A stretch of 54,693 nucleotides of DNA, the filler included, from Catajapyx aquilonaris (lineage: Eukaryota): assembly GCA_000934665.2 (NCBI GenBank). It is 3 parts of 3 records of this genome, joined end to end, with 100 filler letters (N's around TTAATTAATTAA, not from the genome) between each part and the next. Parts side by side here need not be neighbours in the genome. Positions count along the whole stretch, not along the records: positions 18,265 to 36,418 come from JYFJ02006754.1; 2 more parts are not named here. The stretch is one strand, 5' to 3'. The stretch's first letter is position 1. The number at the start of each line of letters is the position of its first letter. The notes beneath the pieces are model-generated. The model saw nothing but the letters and a program-made list of their open reading frames with translations, was not told the origin of the DNA and did no database searches. The position numbers and the translations under genes are program-made. This document shows positions 23,259 to 34,516 of this stretch, in pieces.

Positions 23259-23850
23259 TTAGACTTGTAAGATCTGGTCACTCCCCTCTTATCGCCTTAG
23301 GGGCCTGATGGGGTGGTTTGCGGCAGGTGGCCGCATGATAGCACTTTTCAAGACCTCGTTGACATGTGGTCAATGTTTGGAGTCAAAGGGAGAAGTTTAC
23401 TTGTCTTCAACCTAAGTTCAGAGCAGTCCGGTAGTGTCGCACATGTCACTGAGGTCCTGAAAAGTGCTAGCACTCTGCCACCTGCCGCAAACCACCCCAC
23501 CAGGCCCCTAAGGCAATAAGAGGGTAGTGACCCGACATTACTATTCTAAGACCATGGTTAGGCCATTGAGTGAGAAAAAAAAAGACCATTTCGGGAATGC
23601 TCTTTTCAAAACAGCCAGCTCTGGACTAAACAAAATGTCAGGACGCGAATTTTGTGTTGTGGCTGGTTTAAAAAACAACCCATAAATGTGTTTTGGCAGT
23701 TTCTTGTTTCTCAAGCTATGTCATGTAGATGCTGGAAGTAAATCACCCTGTTGTTTGGCAAATGGGTGAAATACCACACTTAACACCTAATGACCATTAT
23801 TGTACTTGAACATCTTTTTCAGGAACTGTTACCTTCAATATTATTAGGCT

Positions 23851-24118
23851 TTTTTTATGTTTTTTTTATTTATCATACCCCGTGCTAGAGCCTTTGGCTC
23901 CCTTAGGGGGGTGGATTACCACCATTGGATGGGACAAGGGATAGGGAAGGAAGGAAGTGGCTGTGGCCTATTTTTACGGAAACGACCCCGGAATTGTCCT
24001 GGAGGGGACCATGGAAAACCACAGAAAACCATGGCCAGGGTTGCCGGCCCCGGGATTCGAACCCAGGACCTCCCGATTAGCAGGCGGCCTCCTTATCCCC
24101 TACACCAACCTGCTTCGG
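23851..24118 (-). mobile_element. tRNA-derived SINE (family A)
   Basis: Minus-strand head ccgaagcaggttggtgtagggg...gggttcgaatccc, A-rich tail, 12-bp TSD tattattaggct (23839-23850, 24119-24130). Confidence 0.88.
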
Positions 24119-24312
24119 TATTATTAGGCTATTTGTTCCTACAGGCACTGTTAGAGCGACACTTATAATTACATTTAGTATTGAACTACATTTACATTTC
24201 TTGTCAATGGAGTGGGTGTTGTTGTTGGCCATCCATGATACCAGCATGTCTCTACAGGTACTGTTAGACTGACACTTGTAATTACATTTAGTATTGAATG
24301 ACAGTTACATTT

Positions 24313-24563
24313 GAGGGGTCTCAGATCAAAGTAAGTCCATTTTTGGGGGGTGTAACACAAATACGTCCAGCAATAATGTATTTTAATGTCATTGGGTATT
24401 AATTGCACATTTGCGTATGTAGCTGAGGCGTGGCAACATATGGAAGCAAACAGTTCCAAGATTGTACCAGTGATTAGTTAAGTAATCAGCAGTTTTTGCT
24501 CATTTTGCGACCCGTTTTGTTTTTGTTTTTTTGGACTTCGCCTCCTTTGATCTGAGACCCCTC
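24313..24563. mobile_element. Sola-type MITE (GAG...CTC termini, 4-bp TSD)
   Basis: ATTT|GAGGGGTCTCAGATCAAAG ... CTTTGATCTGAGACCCCTC|ATTT: perfect 19-nt TIR, inserted in the second copy of a ~113-bp tandem duplication. Confidence 0.75.
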
Positions 24564-24926
24564 ATTTCTTGTCAATGTAGTGGGTGTTGTTGTTGGCCAT
24601 CCATGCTACCAGTATGTCTCTTAATGTTTTAGTTTGATCTCTCGACCGATCCCTAGCTTTGGGAATGTTGAGACTTTCCTGTTATCCTTTCAATCATATT
24701 ATTTTCCTGAGTTTTCGATGGTGCTGATGGTGCAGGATGGCAGCAGCTTTGAGTATGTTGTTCACCTACAGAATGAAATGCTGAAATAGAGCAATTTCTA
24801 ATCTGAAAGAAGTTCTTTCCATTACCATATCTCTTCGATCAGCATGCTTCAGGCAGTAAGCAGGAATTCGTAAATTGCAGTTTCAAAAGGTACTGCATTG
24901 ACAAGAAATGTAAATGTTGTTCAATA

Positions 24927-25712
24927 CAGTTGAATCCCTCTATAACGAAATTGAAGGGAACCAAATTTTCTTTCGTTATATGCGAATTTCGCTATATAAA
25001 AAACAGCATTTAAACCTCACATTTTTCGATATTTAGGTGTCATATGATGCCCTGGTAGTGGTAAAAATAGTTAAAAAATTCTTCTGCGCTAAATTAGATT
25101 ATCTCACAAAGCACGGCGCAAATGCGACAGCAATAAGTTCCAGCAAACACCAGAAGACTGCACCAGATGCAGGCTAGGCCCTTCTCCTATTCCGCTCGCA
25201 CCCTCATCCCACCATTTAGGCAGCATATGATAAGTCCGCGTCCAGGAATTCCTTTCCAGATGCGATTCGTTTTGCTGCTCTTTCTGATGAATTTTCCCAG
25301 GTTTTAACCACCTGCCTCCTTCCCTGGGGGGGGGCCACGTCCTAGCAATAAATCCAGTGGGCAGCTCTGAGTCACTGCGCGACAGCCCTTCCCCCCTCCC
25401 AGAGAATCATTTCCCTTCCATTAGGACCCCAAATTATCAACTTTTGGTGGGAATGTGTGAAAAAAGGTTGAATCCCGACCGCACAGATGGTGACTGATGG
25501 CCCAATTTGCCTACTTCTGCCCTTTTTCGGCCGAGAGGTGGGACTGGAGGAGCGAAATTTTTTCGTTATATGCGAACCGAAACTGAAAATCCTTTCGTTA
25601 AAAGCGGATATTTTTAACATGGGTTTATATGGGGCCTGTGACTGTCACAAATTTTCTTTCGTTATAAGTGGGTTTTCGTTATATCCGGATTCGTTATAGA
25701 GGGATTCGACTG
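24927..25712. mobile_element. pogo/Tigger-type MITE
   Basis: TA|CAGTTGAATCCCTCTATAACGAA ... TTCGTTATAGAGGGATTCGACTG|TA, with repeated ttcgttata subterminal motifs. Confidence 0.88.
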
Positions 25713-26656
25713 TATTAAATGTAATTCCAAGTGCCACCCTAACAGTGCCTGTGGGAACAAATAGCCTAATAATATGAAGGTAATAGTTCCTGAAAAAGGT
25801 GTATAAGTATAATAATGGTCATTAGCTGTTAAGTAGGCTATTTCACCCATTTGCCAAACAACGAAAGGGTTATTTATTTCCAGTATCTACATGACAGTAG
25901 TGGGAAACAAGAAACTGCCAGAACGAGTTATGGGCATCTTCTAAACCAGCCAGCCTCCCGACATTTTTGTTTAGTTCAGAAAAGCAGTCTGGCTGTTTTA
26001 AAAACGACCATTCCGCAATCTGTCAGTTTTAAAATGAAGTCCCATTTTCACTGCCTCCACCCCACCACCCTATTCTCCGCCATTTGAGCTTCGAAGTCCT
26101 TGTAACCTCCAACAATGCCCCTTGTACCTGGCTGCAAACGGGTCCTCATAACAGTTTAAAAGCTTCATGGCCCCAAAAATTCAGGTCTGCCATAAAGTGC
26201 CAAGTGCAAAATGGGAATAGGAGAGTAATAGGCATGTAGAGAATATTCACTTGATTTTATTTGGCTGTGAGCTAAATTCTAATACCTGGCATATATCATG
26301 TAACAATATACCACATGATGCACGCAGGATGTTTTCAATACCTTGATTTTCATTTGTGACATGGCATGTATCAGGAAATATTTAACAGTGTAAATTCAAT
26401 ATGAAGCCATGTCCTCACTAATACATTGTGTCAAATAAGGGCCCATTGCAACACGATTTTTATATTTTGTATTTCGTCTATACCATAGTGTTTCTGTAAC
26501 TTGTGTAGTTAATAAATTGTTGTATTTTAATATTGAATTATCAATGCTATCTAAAAGGTCTCCCCATAACTCATCCCCTGTCCTCGACCTTTGGTCCTTC
26601 ACGCTCTTCCTTCAAAAATTCCTGGTACTTGAGTGGATCAAAAAAGGGCAATGGTT

Positions 26657-26910
26657 ATGGCCAGGGCGTCCGGAGTAGTGGCTGGTGGCGAGGGGGCTTG
26701 ATTTGGCGAAGTACCGTATTGCACAGTGTCATATTTAAATTTAATATTCAGTGCCTGTCGTCTGAGATGGGCAGGGGTGGGGTGTGGGACAGGTTGTTTC
26801 TAGGTTTATTTTCACAAGTTTTAATTTAGTTCATATGTTGGGTTAGCTTGTGTCTCCCTTCATCGCTGACTACCCCTCATAGGGAAATGTCGTGATGTTG
26901 TTGTTGTTAT
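26657..26910 (+). repeat. Second copy of the dispersed repeat at 16-283
   Basis: High identity to the window start; ends in (GTT)n. Confidence 0.7.
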
Positions 26911-27032
26911 TGCATTCAAGGACAATAGCTTGAATCAGATTTCAGAGATTCACATAATTATGAAAACACATGTTTGAGAATGGTGACTGTCTCATTTTCC
27001 TCTCTGATATTGCTACCAAACACTCTGAAATA

Positions 27033-27612
27033 CAGTCAAACTTCTATAAGTCAAACTTCCCCAAGTCAAATAAAATATGAGCTTGTTTGATCACAATGTA
27101 AAATAATAGGAAATAAACTTCCCTAACTCGAAGTTCTCCATAACTCGAAGTGCAGGCAGTGCCTTACGATGGGATATCAATGCATTTTCAGTCTCCCTAA
27201 GTCGAAGTTCATGTTGGCGAGGACAGAAAATTTTCTCATTTCTCATTTCCCAGCCGAAGGGTCGAGAGTATAGGCCACATGTACAGGAAGGCTCAATTTC
27301 CTGATCTCGGTCTACCAGATGTACCGAAAGAAGTGTTTGACTTGATTGTCACAATTAAATCCTTGAATTTAAGAGTAGCCAAATGTCCATAACGGAGATT
27401 TTTGTTTTACAACAAAACAATGAGGAACATTGTAAGTGTGATAGTGACAGTTATTTTTAAGTTTTGAACACCTTTAGTCGCTGGATATAAAGGTATAGGC
27501 TTCCTTATAGAGTTATGTGCTTTAAAAAATCCAAACTTCCCTAACTTGAATCTTCTATAACTCAAAGTTTTTTCTTGGTCCCATGGAGATTCGACTTATG
27601 GAAGTTTTACTG
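27033..27612. mobile_element. pogo/Tigger-type MITE
   Basis: TA|CAGTCAAACTTCTATAAGTC ... GACTTATGGAAGTTTTACTG|TA. Confidence 0.8.
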
Positions 27613-28112
27613 TAGTACAAAACTTTAAATTGCATTATATATTATTAATTCATTGGGATTGAAGGACATACCCTACACCTACATATTATGTTGGCAATAA
27701 TATTGAAGAGTGGTCATGCACAAGGCTCTAATGCCAAAAAGGAAAAAAAATTGACTTGATCAAGTTAAACTGTTCCATGACCCATGCCAATGCGTAAAAT
27801 AGACTCCAACTGCCTAGCTTGACCCGGTCATGTAGTATCTCCAACTGCCATGTTCTATTGAACGGTTCTAAATGGTAAGTGCCACATGTAGACATATTAC
27901 AGCAATGGCTGGTATGCATACCGAACATGAACATTCCTATTCTGTGGTGTTTGAGCAGAATTTCAGTAGAGAAGTGTGCTGATCTGCGCAAGATGCTGCC
28001 AAATCTATCTGAAAACAAGATATCAAACTTCTAAAGATATTTTCTGGTGTATATGTAGCCATTTCATTCAATCTTTTTATTTTGAAATTTCGTGGCAATT
28101 ACACCCTTCTAC

Positions 28113-28220
28113 TGTACTATATCGCCCAAAAAGATAGAGACGATTTTGCATTTGACTCAAGTGCAACTTGCACTTGAATCAAATGCCAATCGTCTCTATC
28201 TTTTTGAGCGATATAGTACA
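28113..28220. repeat. Near-perfect 108-bp palindrome (probable palindromic MITE)
   Basis: tgtactatatcgcccaaaaagatagagacgatt...caagtgcaa-c-ttgcacttg...aatcgtctctatctttttgagcgatatagtaca, with almost no loop. Confidence 0.85.
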
Positions 28221-29109
28221 TAAAGCAAAGGCACCATGCCACTTAGAGCTTTCTTATTTTCAGTTTTTGAGGATTTTTTGTAATTCATATTTAGAGCAAT
28301 AAAATTGGCAGTTTTTGCATACTCCACACCGTGGGACCGTGTATTCGTAATTGAAATAATTACTCTAGCAGCTTCATGTATATTTGACACGCGGGAGGAA
28401 AAAAAAAAGTTATTTTCTCCAATCTTGTATTTTGGCACTTAGAGCTTTCTGCATGTCCACTCTTCAATTATCTCGGTGACGTATGACCTATATTTGAAAT
28501 AAAGCATACTCTCATAAAATAATCCCTGAAACCCTGACTCACAGTTAAGTATGTATTGAAATAAACTTTTGCTGATATAGGCGAACATGAGTGGAAGTGA
28601 AATTGAGCAGTGGTATTTACCATACAGCCTAATTATTATACAGGCGGGAACAGTTCAGAGTATTCATGTGTGCTGTATAGGGCATTATTCCTCCAATCAC
28701 GATTATTGTTCTTTGTTCTCATCTTCAAATGAGCCTAAAATGAGATTATCTTCCAGATAATGTGGGACCTAAAATTAGCTTCATACCAGCCACGATATGG
28801 TACGAAAACGCTTGCCTAATTAGTTACTGCATGTAATAATAATAAAATGTTTCCGTTATCGCATCAAATCGCTTTAGACGTTTACTGTCGGGGCTCAAAT
28901 ATGACACTGTAAAGTAAATGACAAATGACAGGTACGTTTTTGTTGCGGAGGATAGTAAGACGTGTGTCAAACAGAAAGTAATCTACATATGAAGGGTTTG
29001 GTGGAAAAACTGGATAAGTCCACTTTTGGCCGAAAATGAGTTATGGGTGGTTCTGCCATCTTGTGGCCATTCTGCATCTTTTGGTACAAAAATCAGACCT
29101 GTCAATGTA

Positions 29110-29399
29110 TAATTCTAATTCTAATTCATACCCCGTTATCAGCCGGCGGCTCTTTAGGGGGGAATTTTTGTTTTGTCTGGAACTCTTTGCTTGCATTTTT
29201 ACTTATTGCTTTTTGGGAGAGGATAGGAAAGGAAGGGGGCGGCTGTGGCCTGTTTATTAGGAAACAACTCCGGAATTCTCCTGGAGAAACCATGGGAAAC
29301 CACAGAAAACCACGGTTAGAGTTGCCGGCACCGGGATTCGAACCCAGGACCTCCCGATTAGCAGTCGGACGCCTTATCCACTATGCCAACCTGCTTCGG
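29110..29399 (-). mobile_element. tRNA-derived SINE (family A)
   Basis: Homologous to 23851-24118; TSD agacctgtcaatgta (29095-29109, 29402-29416). Confidence 0.88.
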
Positions 29400-29621
29400 T
29401 TAGACCTGTCAATGTAGTCCACTGCGGAATTATAGCCCTCCCAAGTGACCAGCGTACTGTCTAGATTGCGTACCTGCTGCTATTTCGCCCTCTAGCGGGT
29501 GACATTACAAAAGTCACCTCCTAGACTTTTCGGGAACATAAAGCACACATTTCACGCTTCATTTTCAGGTCCATTCAAAACATCTCAAAAGTAGGGAACT
29601 TTGAGTTATATTAAAATCAAA

Positions 29622-29976
29622 GGGAGGCGGAATGGTGCTGCGGTAACGCACGCGCCCACAGATGTTAAGGTCCCGGGTTCGATCCCAGCCCGGGGCCACC
29701 CCCTTCATCTCGTGCATGGTTCAGGGTCACCTCTGGCTTTGTCTCGGGTGGTATTTCCACAGACTAAACCACCCGGGGGAGTTCACTAAAAATGGCCACA
29801 GCGTCAGATGCACTGCACCTTCCACATCCCCTCCTGTCATCCTCCCCGTGGGCCCGGGCAATGTGCTATGTACTGTACAACTAATTAGCAAAAATAAAGG
29901 TCTGTGGCTCTGTGCAGATACCAATAAGGTGAGCACTATACCCAACAATTATAATAATAATAATTATTATTATTAT
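29622..29976 (+). mobile_element. tRNA-derived SINE (family B)
   Basis: Head gggaggcggaatggtgctgcggtaac...gggttcgatccc, (TAA/TAT)n tail, flanking tattaaaatc(c)aaa duplication. Confidence 0.85.
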
Positions 29977-31120
29977 TATTAAAATCCAAATTTCGCTGCC
30001 ATCTTGTAATCGAAAGATTTTATCCTGGCTATTTTCCATGCGATATTATTAAAGAACCGCAAGGCCTCAAAGGGTTCATTTGTGAAGACAATTCTGTGAT
30101 CAACATCATGTACGTCTACTGCAAGAATAACGACACCTTAATAGTACAACTGGCCTTAAAAATTTTAAACACTATGCATATGGTATTAATTTAAACCATT
30201 GTTTCTAGCTATATGATTCCTCACTGTCCTTACATTACAATTAATGTCGTAGTTAATTTGCACCTGTACCTTCCTGCCTGGCTGTGCTGGGTCAGTAAAG
30301 ATGCCCCTAGTCCCCTAGTGGTCCTTGTCACAACATCCCACTCCCTCTCCCTGTCCCTCTCTATTGTGGGATCACCCAGGAGAGGCAGCAGGCAGTGTCC
30401 ATGTCCTTGGGGATGGAGTCCCTGTCGGAGGTAGTGGGCCATCCACAGGGGGCACACTTGCCCTGGCAGGGACTGCTACTAGTTAGCTCTGATCATGGTG
30501 CTGAGGGAGCCAGCCTGGCCATGTGCCAGCAGGAGGACGATGATGGACAAAGCAGCACCACTCCATAGGACCTGGACAACCTGATGGAACATGTGCTCAA
30601 CCACAAGGCCCATCACATGGGATAGGTATGTCCAGCCAGTATTGGTACTCAAAATGAGGTTAAACACTGCACCATTACAGAGTCCTATGATGTCCAACAT
30701 GAGCCAGAAGGACCTGCAGTCTGATGATGATAAGAGTGCAGATGAGTTGACCAGGATGCAGCTGGAGGAGTTGGCCCACAGCTTCATGGTGTCCAGGGGT
30801 CCGAGTTTGATAATAGCAAGATCCAGGAGTGTGGGAAGATGGATCCACTGTTGGTGAAGGATGTGTACTTGTCGGAACTCAACCTGTTCATGCTCCACAT
30901 TGACCCCATGACTGACTGTTCCTCCTGACTGTTCGCCTCTTGCCCTTTTTCGGTGTGGCCTAGCGCCTAGGTAGGAAAGTGAGTACCCGTAGTGTTTTCA
31001 TTGAATTTATGTTAATCTGACAAAAGGACGAATTCGACATTTTTGCTAAAATCTGACTATGGCCTCTGCCGTGTGGGACAAGTGGCCTCAGAGTTATTGC
31101 GGAATGCAAAAGGCCATCTG

Positions 31121-31443
31121 GGGAGGCGGAGTGGTACTGCGGTAATGTATGTGCCCACGAATGGAAGGCTCCCGGGTTCGATCCCAGACCCAGGTTTGGG
31201 GTCGTCTCCAACTTCACCTTGGGTGGAATTTCCACTAGACTAATCACCCGGGGAGCTCACAAAATGACTGCCTCAAACGACAATGCACTTCACACTGCAC
31301 ATCCCCTCCCTGTCACCCCTTCCCTGTCACCCTGCCCCTGGACCAGGGCATCAAATGTTGGAACATGGTTCGACGTTAATAAAATCCCATTCCCCCCTAC
31401 GAGGGCCTAGCCCTATCACAGGGTAACTAAAAATCAATCAATC
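31121..31443 (+). mobile_element. tRNA-derived SINE (family B-related)
   Basis: Same head and body motifs as 29622; (AATC)n tail; TSD caaaaggccatctg / caaaaggtcatccg. Confidence 0.8.
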
Positions 31444-32156
31444 AAAAGGTCATCCGCACCTATTACCTATTACAGTATTACCTATTATGATAAATATGAA
31501 AACAATAATTTTTTTGGCTGTGGTTATTAATTCAATAATTTCAGACAGAAGGCAAAGAGTTATGACTTGCTATCACATATTTTCCATCTCGAGGCTTCCA
31601 TACATTGCAAAAAAATTATATTAGAACCAGTCCCCCCTGAGTGGTACCAATAACTTAGTCAGCTCATGGCCTACAGGAAAGCCTGGTTATCTCACCTACC
31701 ACAGTGAGGGCATCAGTCTCCTCTGCAGCTGTGGTCATGAGCCATGCTCGTGGTGTGGTACGCACTCTGAGCTGCTTCTTTTCCAGGTTAGACAGGCTCA
31801 TCAAGAAGGCAATGTTGCAACTGCAGAGGCTGCCATTCACGTCAACCAAAACTTGGCTAAGGATGGCAGAGAAGTCTGCAGCCACAAACAGGTCATAGGT
31901 CAATAGTGTTTCACGCATGTTGACTTCCAAAAGTAAAATAAGACGAGATTTTTCGTAATTTTGCAGTGTAAATGTCAACAGTGGAAGGATGCTCCTCTGT
32001 ACAGTTCATTCATTCATTCATTCATTCATACATTCATATACATCAATGCTAATCCCAAATATTGGGGTGCCAGCAGATAATGAGGAGGGGATCCTCGTTA
32101 TCCTCACATGATCATTATATTAAAAAATTCTAAAAATGATAGTAAAAAACTCTCTA

Positions 32157-32439
32157 CAGTGCTGGGCATTAATTCCGTCATACTGCTAGTGACAGTTTCC
32201 AATGTGACGGAACTGCACATCGAATTGAAGGAGTGCGAGCTGAGCGAGTAAGAAATGGAAAGTTTTGGGTGACGTCACCGGCTGAGGGCAGTGGAGAAAA
32301 AGGATTGTTCCCAGCCGGTGACATAACACAAGGCCTACCATTTCTTACTCACACTGTTCGCACTCCATCCATTCAATATGTACTTCTGCCGCATCAGAAA
32401 ATGTCGCTAGCAGTACGACGGAATTAATGTCCAGCACTG
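32157..32439. mobile_element. Tc1-type MITE
   Basis: TA|CAGTGCTGGGCATTAATTCCGTC ... GACGGAATTAATGTCCAGCACTG; long inverted arms. Confidence 0.8.
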
Positions 32440-33091
32440 CATAAGGTTTCCATCACTAATTCAATAATTCAAGGCATGAAAATGAGGCTATTCATTGCTC
32501 AAGTTCAAAGGAATGGCAACAGCCTCAACATGTTCATATTCCACAATGTTACATTTCTTATCTTTTTTATGCAGAAAACATGAAATTTGTAACTAACTCA
32601 ATATCTACCTCCTGAGTGAAATTTATAATTAGTAACATAATGAAATGCACTGTAAGGCAAAAAGATCAGAAGTGTTCCTTTGTATAGACAGGATGAAGAA
32701 AATATTTTCCAGGACTGCAGCAAAGGCTTGCTAATTGCAATAATAATCAGCTTGTGGTGTACATAGATACTGTGGCCAAATCCAGCATTGAGTTGGGAAG
32801 GAAATTGATCAATAAGCATGACACCACACCTGATTCTGTGATATTTGCTCAATGCAAACATGAAGAAGGAAATATTGTCCTGAGATACCAATTATTCACT
32901 CTTGTGGGTATTTATCTGCTACACTACAAAATCAAGTTAATTCCACTTTTTCTTTTTGCATGATTGCAGATTATGTCTTACCTGATCAAGAATCAAGAAC
33001 AGAAGCTTCAAACACAACCCCTTGATGGAGTTGACAGCTCTGGCTTCCTTCTCAGGAAGAAGGTCCTTGGCAAGGATAATGGTTATTAGAG

Positions 33092-33620
33092 CAGGGGTGT
33101 CCAACCTTTTTACCAACTACGACCCCCTAAACATGTTTCCATAAAAGTGCAACCCTTCGTCAATAAATTCTCCATATTGAAAATCTTTCAATGTGCGATC
33201 GCAGTGTAAATCATAAGTAGACAGTGTTTTCCTTGAAAACTCGCTGAAGAGATTTAGAGCTTACTCGACCTCTGCGATGTCCAAAATATTTCTTGAAACC
33301 CTCCTTTAGTATTTGCAAGTATATGGAGGTGACTCGCTCTTGAATTTTGCGCCACTGTCCTCACTATACTACTCTTGCAGACGATGAAACAGTTCAAATG
33401 AAGAGTACTCCACTTTTTTCTGCCAACCAGAGTTCGAGATTTAATAAAAATGCGATTAGTTTTTCATGCGATTGAATTTTTTCCCTTCATTTGACCTCTT
33501 GCAGAGAAGTGTTGAGCACATTCAGCTCCTCAAACATATCTGCAAAACATGCCAGCTAACACAAAGTAATTTTTAATAATTGCATCTGCTTTTCCTGGGT
33601 AGCTTCTTTCCTTCAAATGT
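33092..33620 (-). mobile_element. Degenerate hAT (Charlie/Buster-like) transposon with transposase remnants
   Basis: Terminus CAGGGGTGTCCAACCTTTT at ~33092. Minus-strand remnants LACFADMFEELNVLNTSLQ and HEKLIAFLLNLELW resemble the Buster/ZBED-type LAYLADIF..LN.LN..LQ...KI.AF..KL.LW block, broken by stops and frameshifts. Confidence 0.7.
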
Positions 33621-34149
33621 AAGTGCAGCTATAGATTGGCTATGTTAGTGAGCTCGGTAACGGGGCTTCTGCGGATAGAGGAAAGTGTGAGGGCGAACAT
33701 TGCTAGATTTCTCTCGACGAACTATGGCCCAAACCGTGGCTCAAACATTAAACTCGTACACATTATTCACTCATTTTTTTATTTTAAAATTATTCATTAT
33801 TGCGCATAAATTGAAAAAATAAACAAAAAGTTCGACCAAGGCTAGCAACTCCCCGGTTGGAAACCAAGGGGTTAGAAGCTTATTTGGAAGAATATCATGT
33901 TTCACTGCATGTTCACATGACCAAAAGCAAAAGGGCCTGGAATTTGGCTTGCTCCGCACAAATTCAACCAGTTCTTACCATGGTTCTTACAGGCAAGATG
34001 ATTGCAAAATAACGAATTCATAAGGGCCAAAATAGACAACAAAAAAATAGGTTGAGCACTACTGATTTATACAAATTAACAGTCTAGGAATTGCACTTGT
34101 AACCCACCACTAGCAGGTATTAAGCACAGGGCAATTCTGCGGAAGAGAG

Positions 34150-34516
34150 GGAGGGGAAGTGGCGCTGCGGTAACGTATGCACCCACGGATGTTGAGGTCC
34201 CGGGATCAAATCCCGCCCAGGGGCACCCCCTTCATCTCATGCAGAGTTCACTATCATACCTGGCTTTGTCTCGGGTGGTATTTCCAATAGACTAAACCAC
34301 CTGGGGGAGTTCACTAAAAATGGCCACACAAGGACATTGCACTGCCCACTACACCTTGCACATCCCCTCCTGTCATCCTGCCCATGGGCCCGGGCGTTTC
34401 AATCAATAGGCTCCGAAATGTACCTTCATCAAATAAAGGTCCCCCAGGTGCGATATTCCCCCAGGTGGGGGCGAAAGCACATTACCCCAGCATTATTATT
34501 ATTATTATTATTATTA
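34150..34516 (+). mobile_element. tRNA-derived SINE (family B)
   Basis: Homologous to 29622; (TAT)n tail; flanking aattctgc(g/a)gaa duplication. Confidence 0.82.

Larger units (their letters stand above)
21801..23556. mobile_element. hAT-type MITE (outer element), split by a Harbinger insertion
   Basis: Left end gATGGTCTTA (21801-21810) resumes at 23259 (tta gacttgtaa...) and pairs with the right arm ...CTAAGACCATG (to 23556). 8-bp TSD gttaggct (21793-21800) / gttaggcc (23557-23564). Confidence 0.75.
23584..26024. mobile_element. Large foldback element with long inverted arms, interrupted by younger insertions
   Basis: Left arm ~23584-24210 (excluding the SINE) is the reverse complement of right arm ~24895-26024 (excluding the pogo MITE), e.g. 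tttggcaaatgggtgaaata / tatttcacccatttgccaaa and tattaggctatttgttcc / ggaacaaatagcctaata. Outer ends are approximate. Confidence 0.75.

Noticed and set aside
31664..31978. 104-aa minus-strand ORF with faint Tc1-like 'TTAAEE' resemblance
   Set aside because: Similarity too weak, and no TIRs or catalytic motifs support a call.
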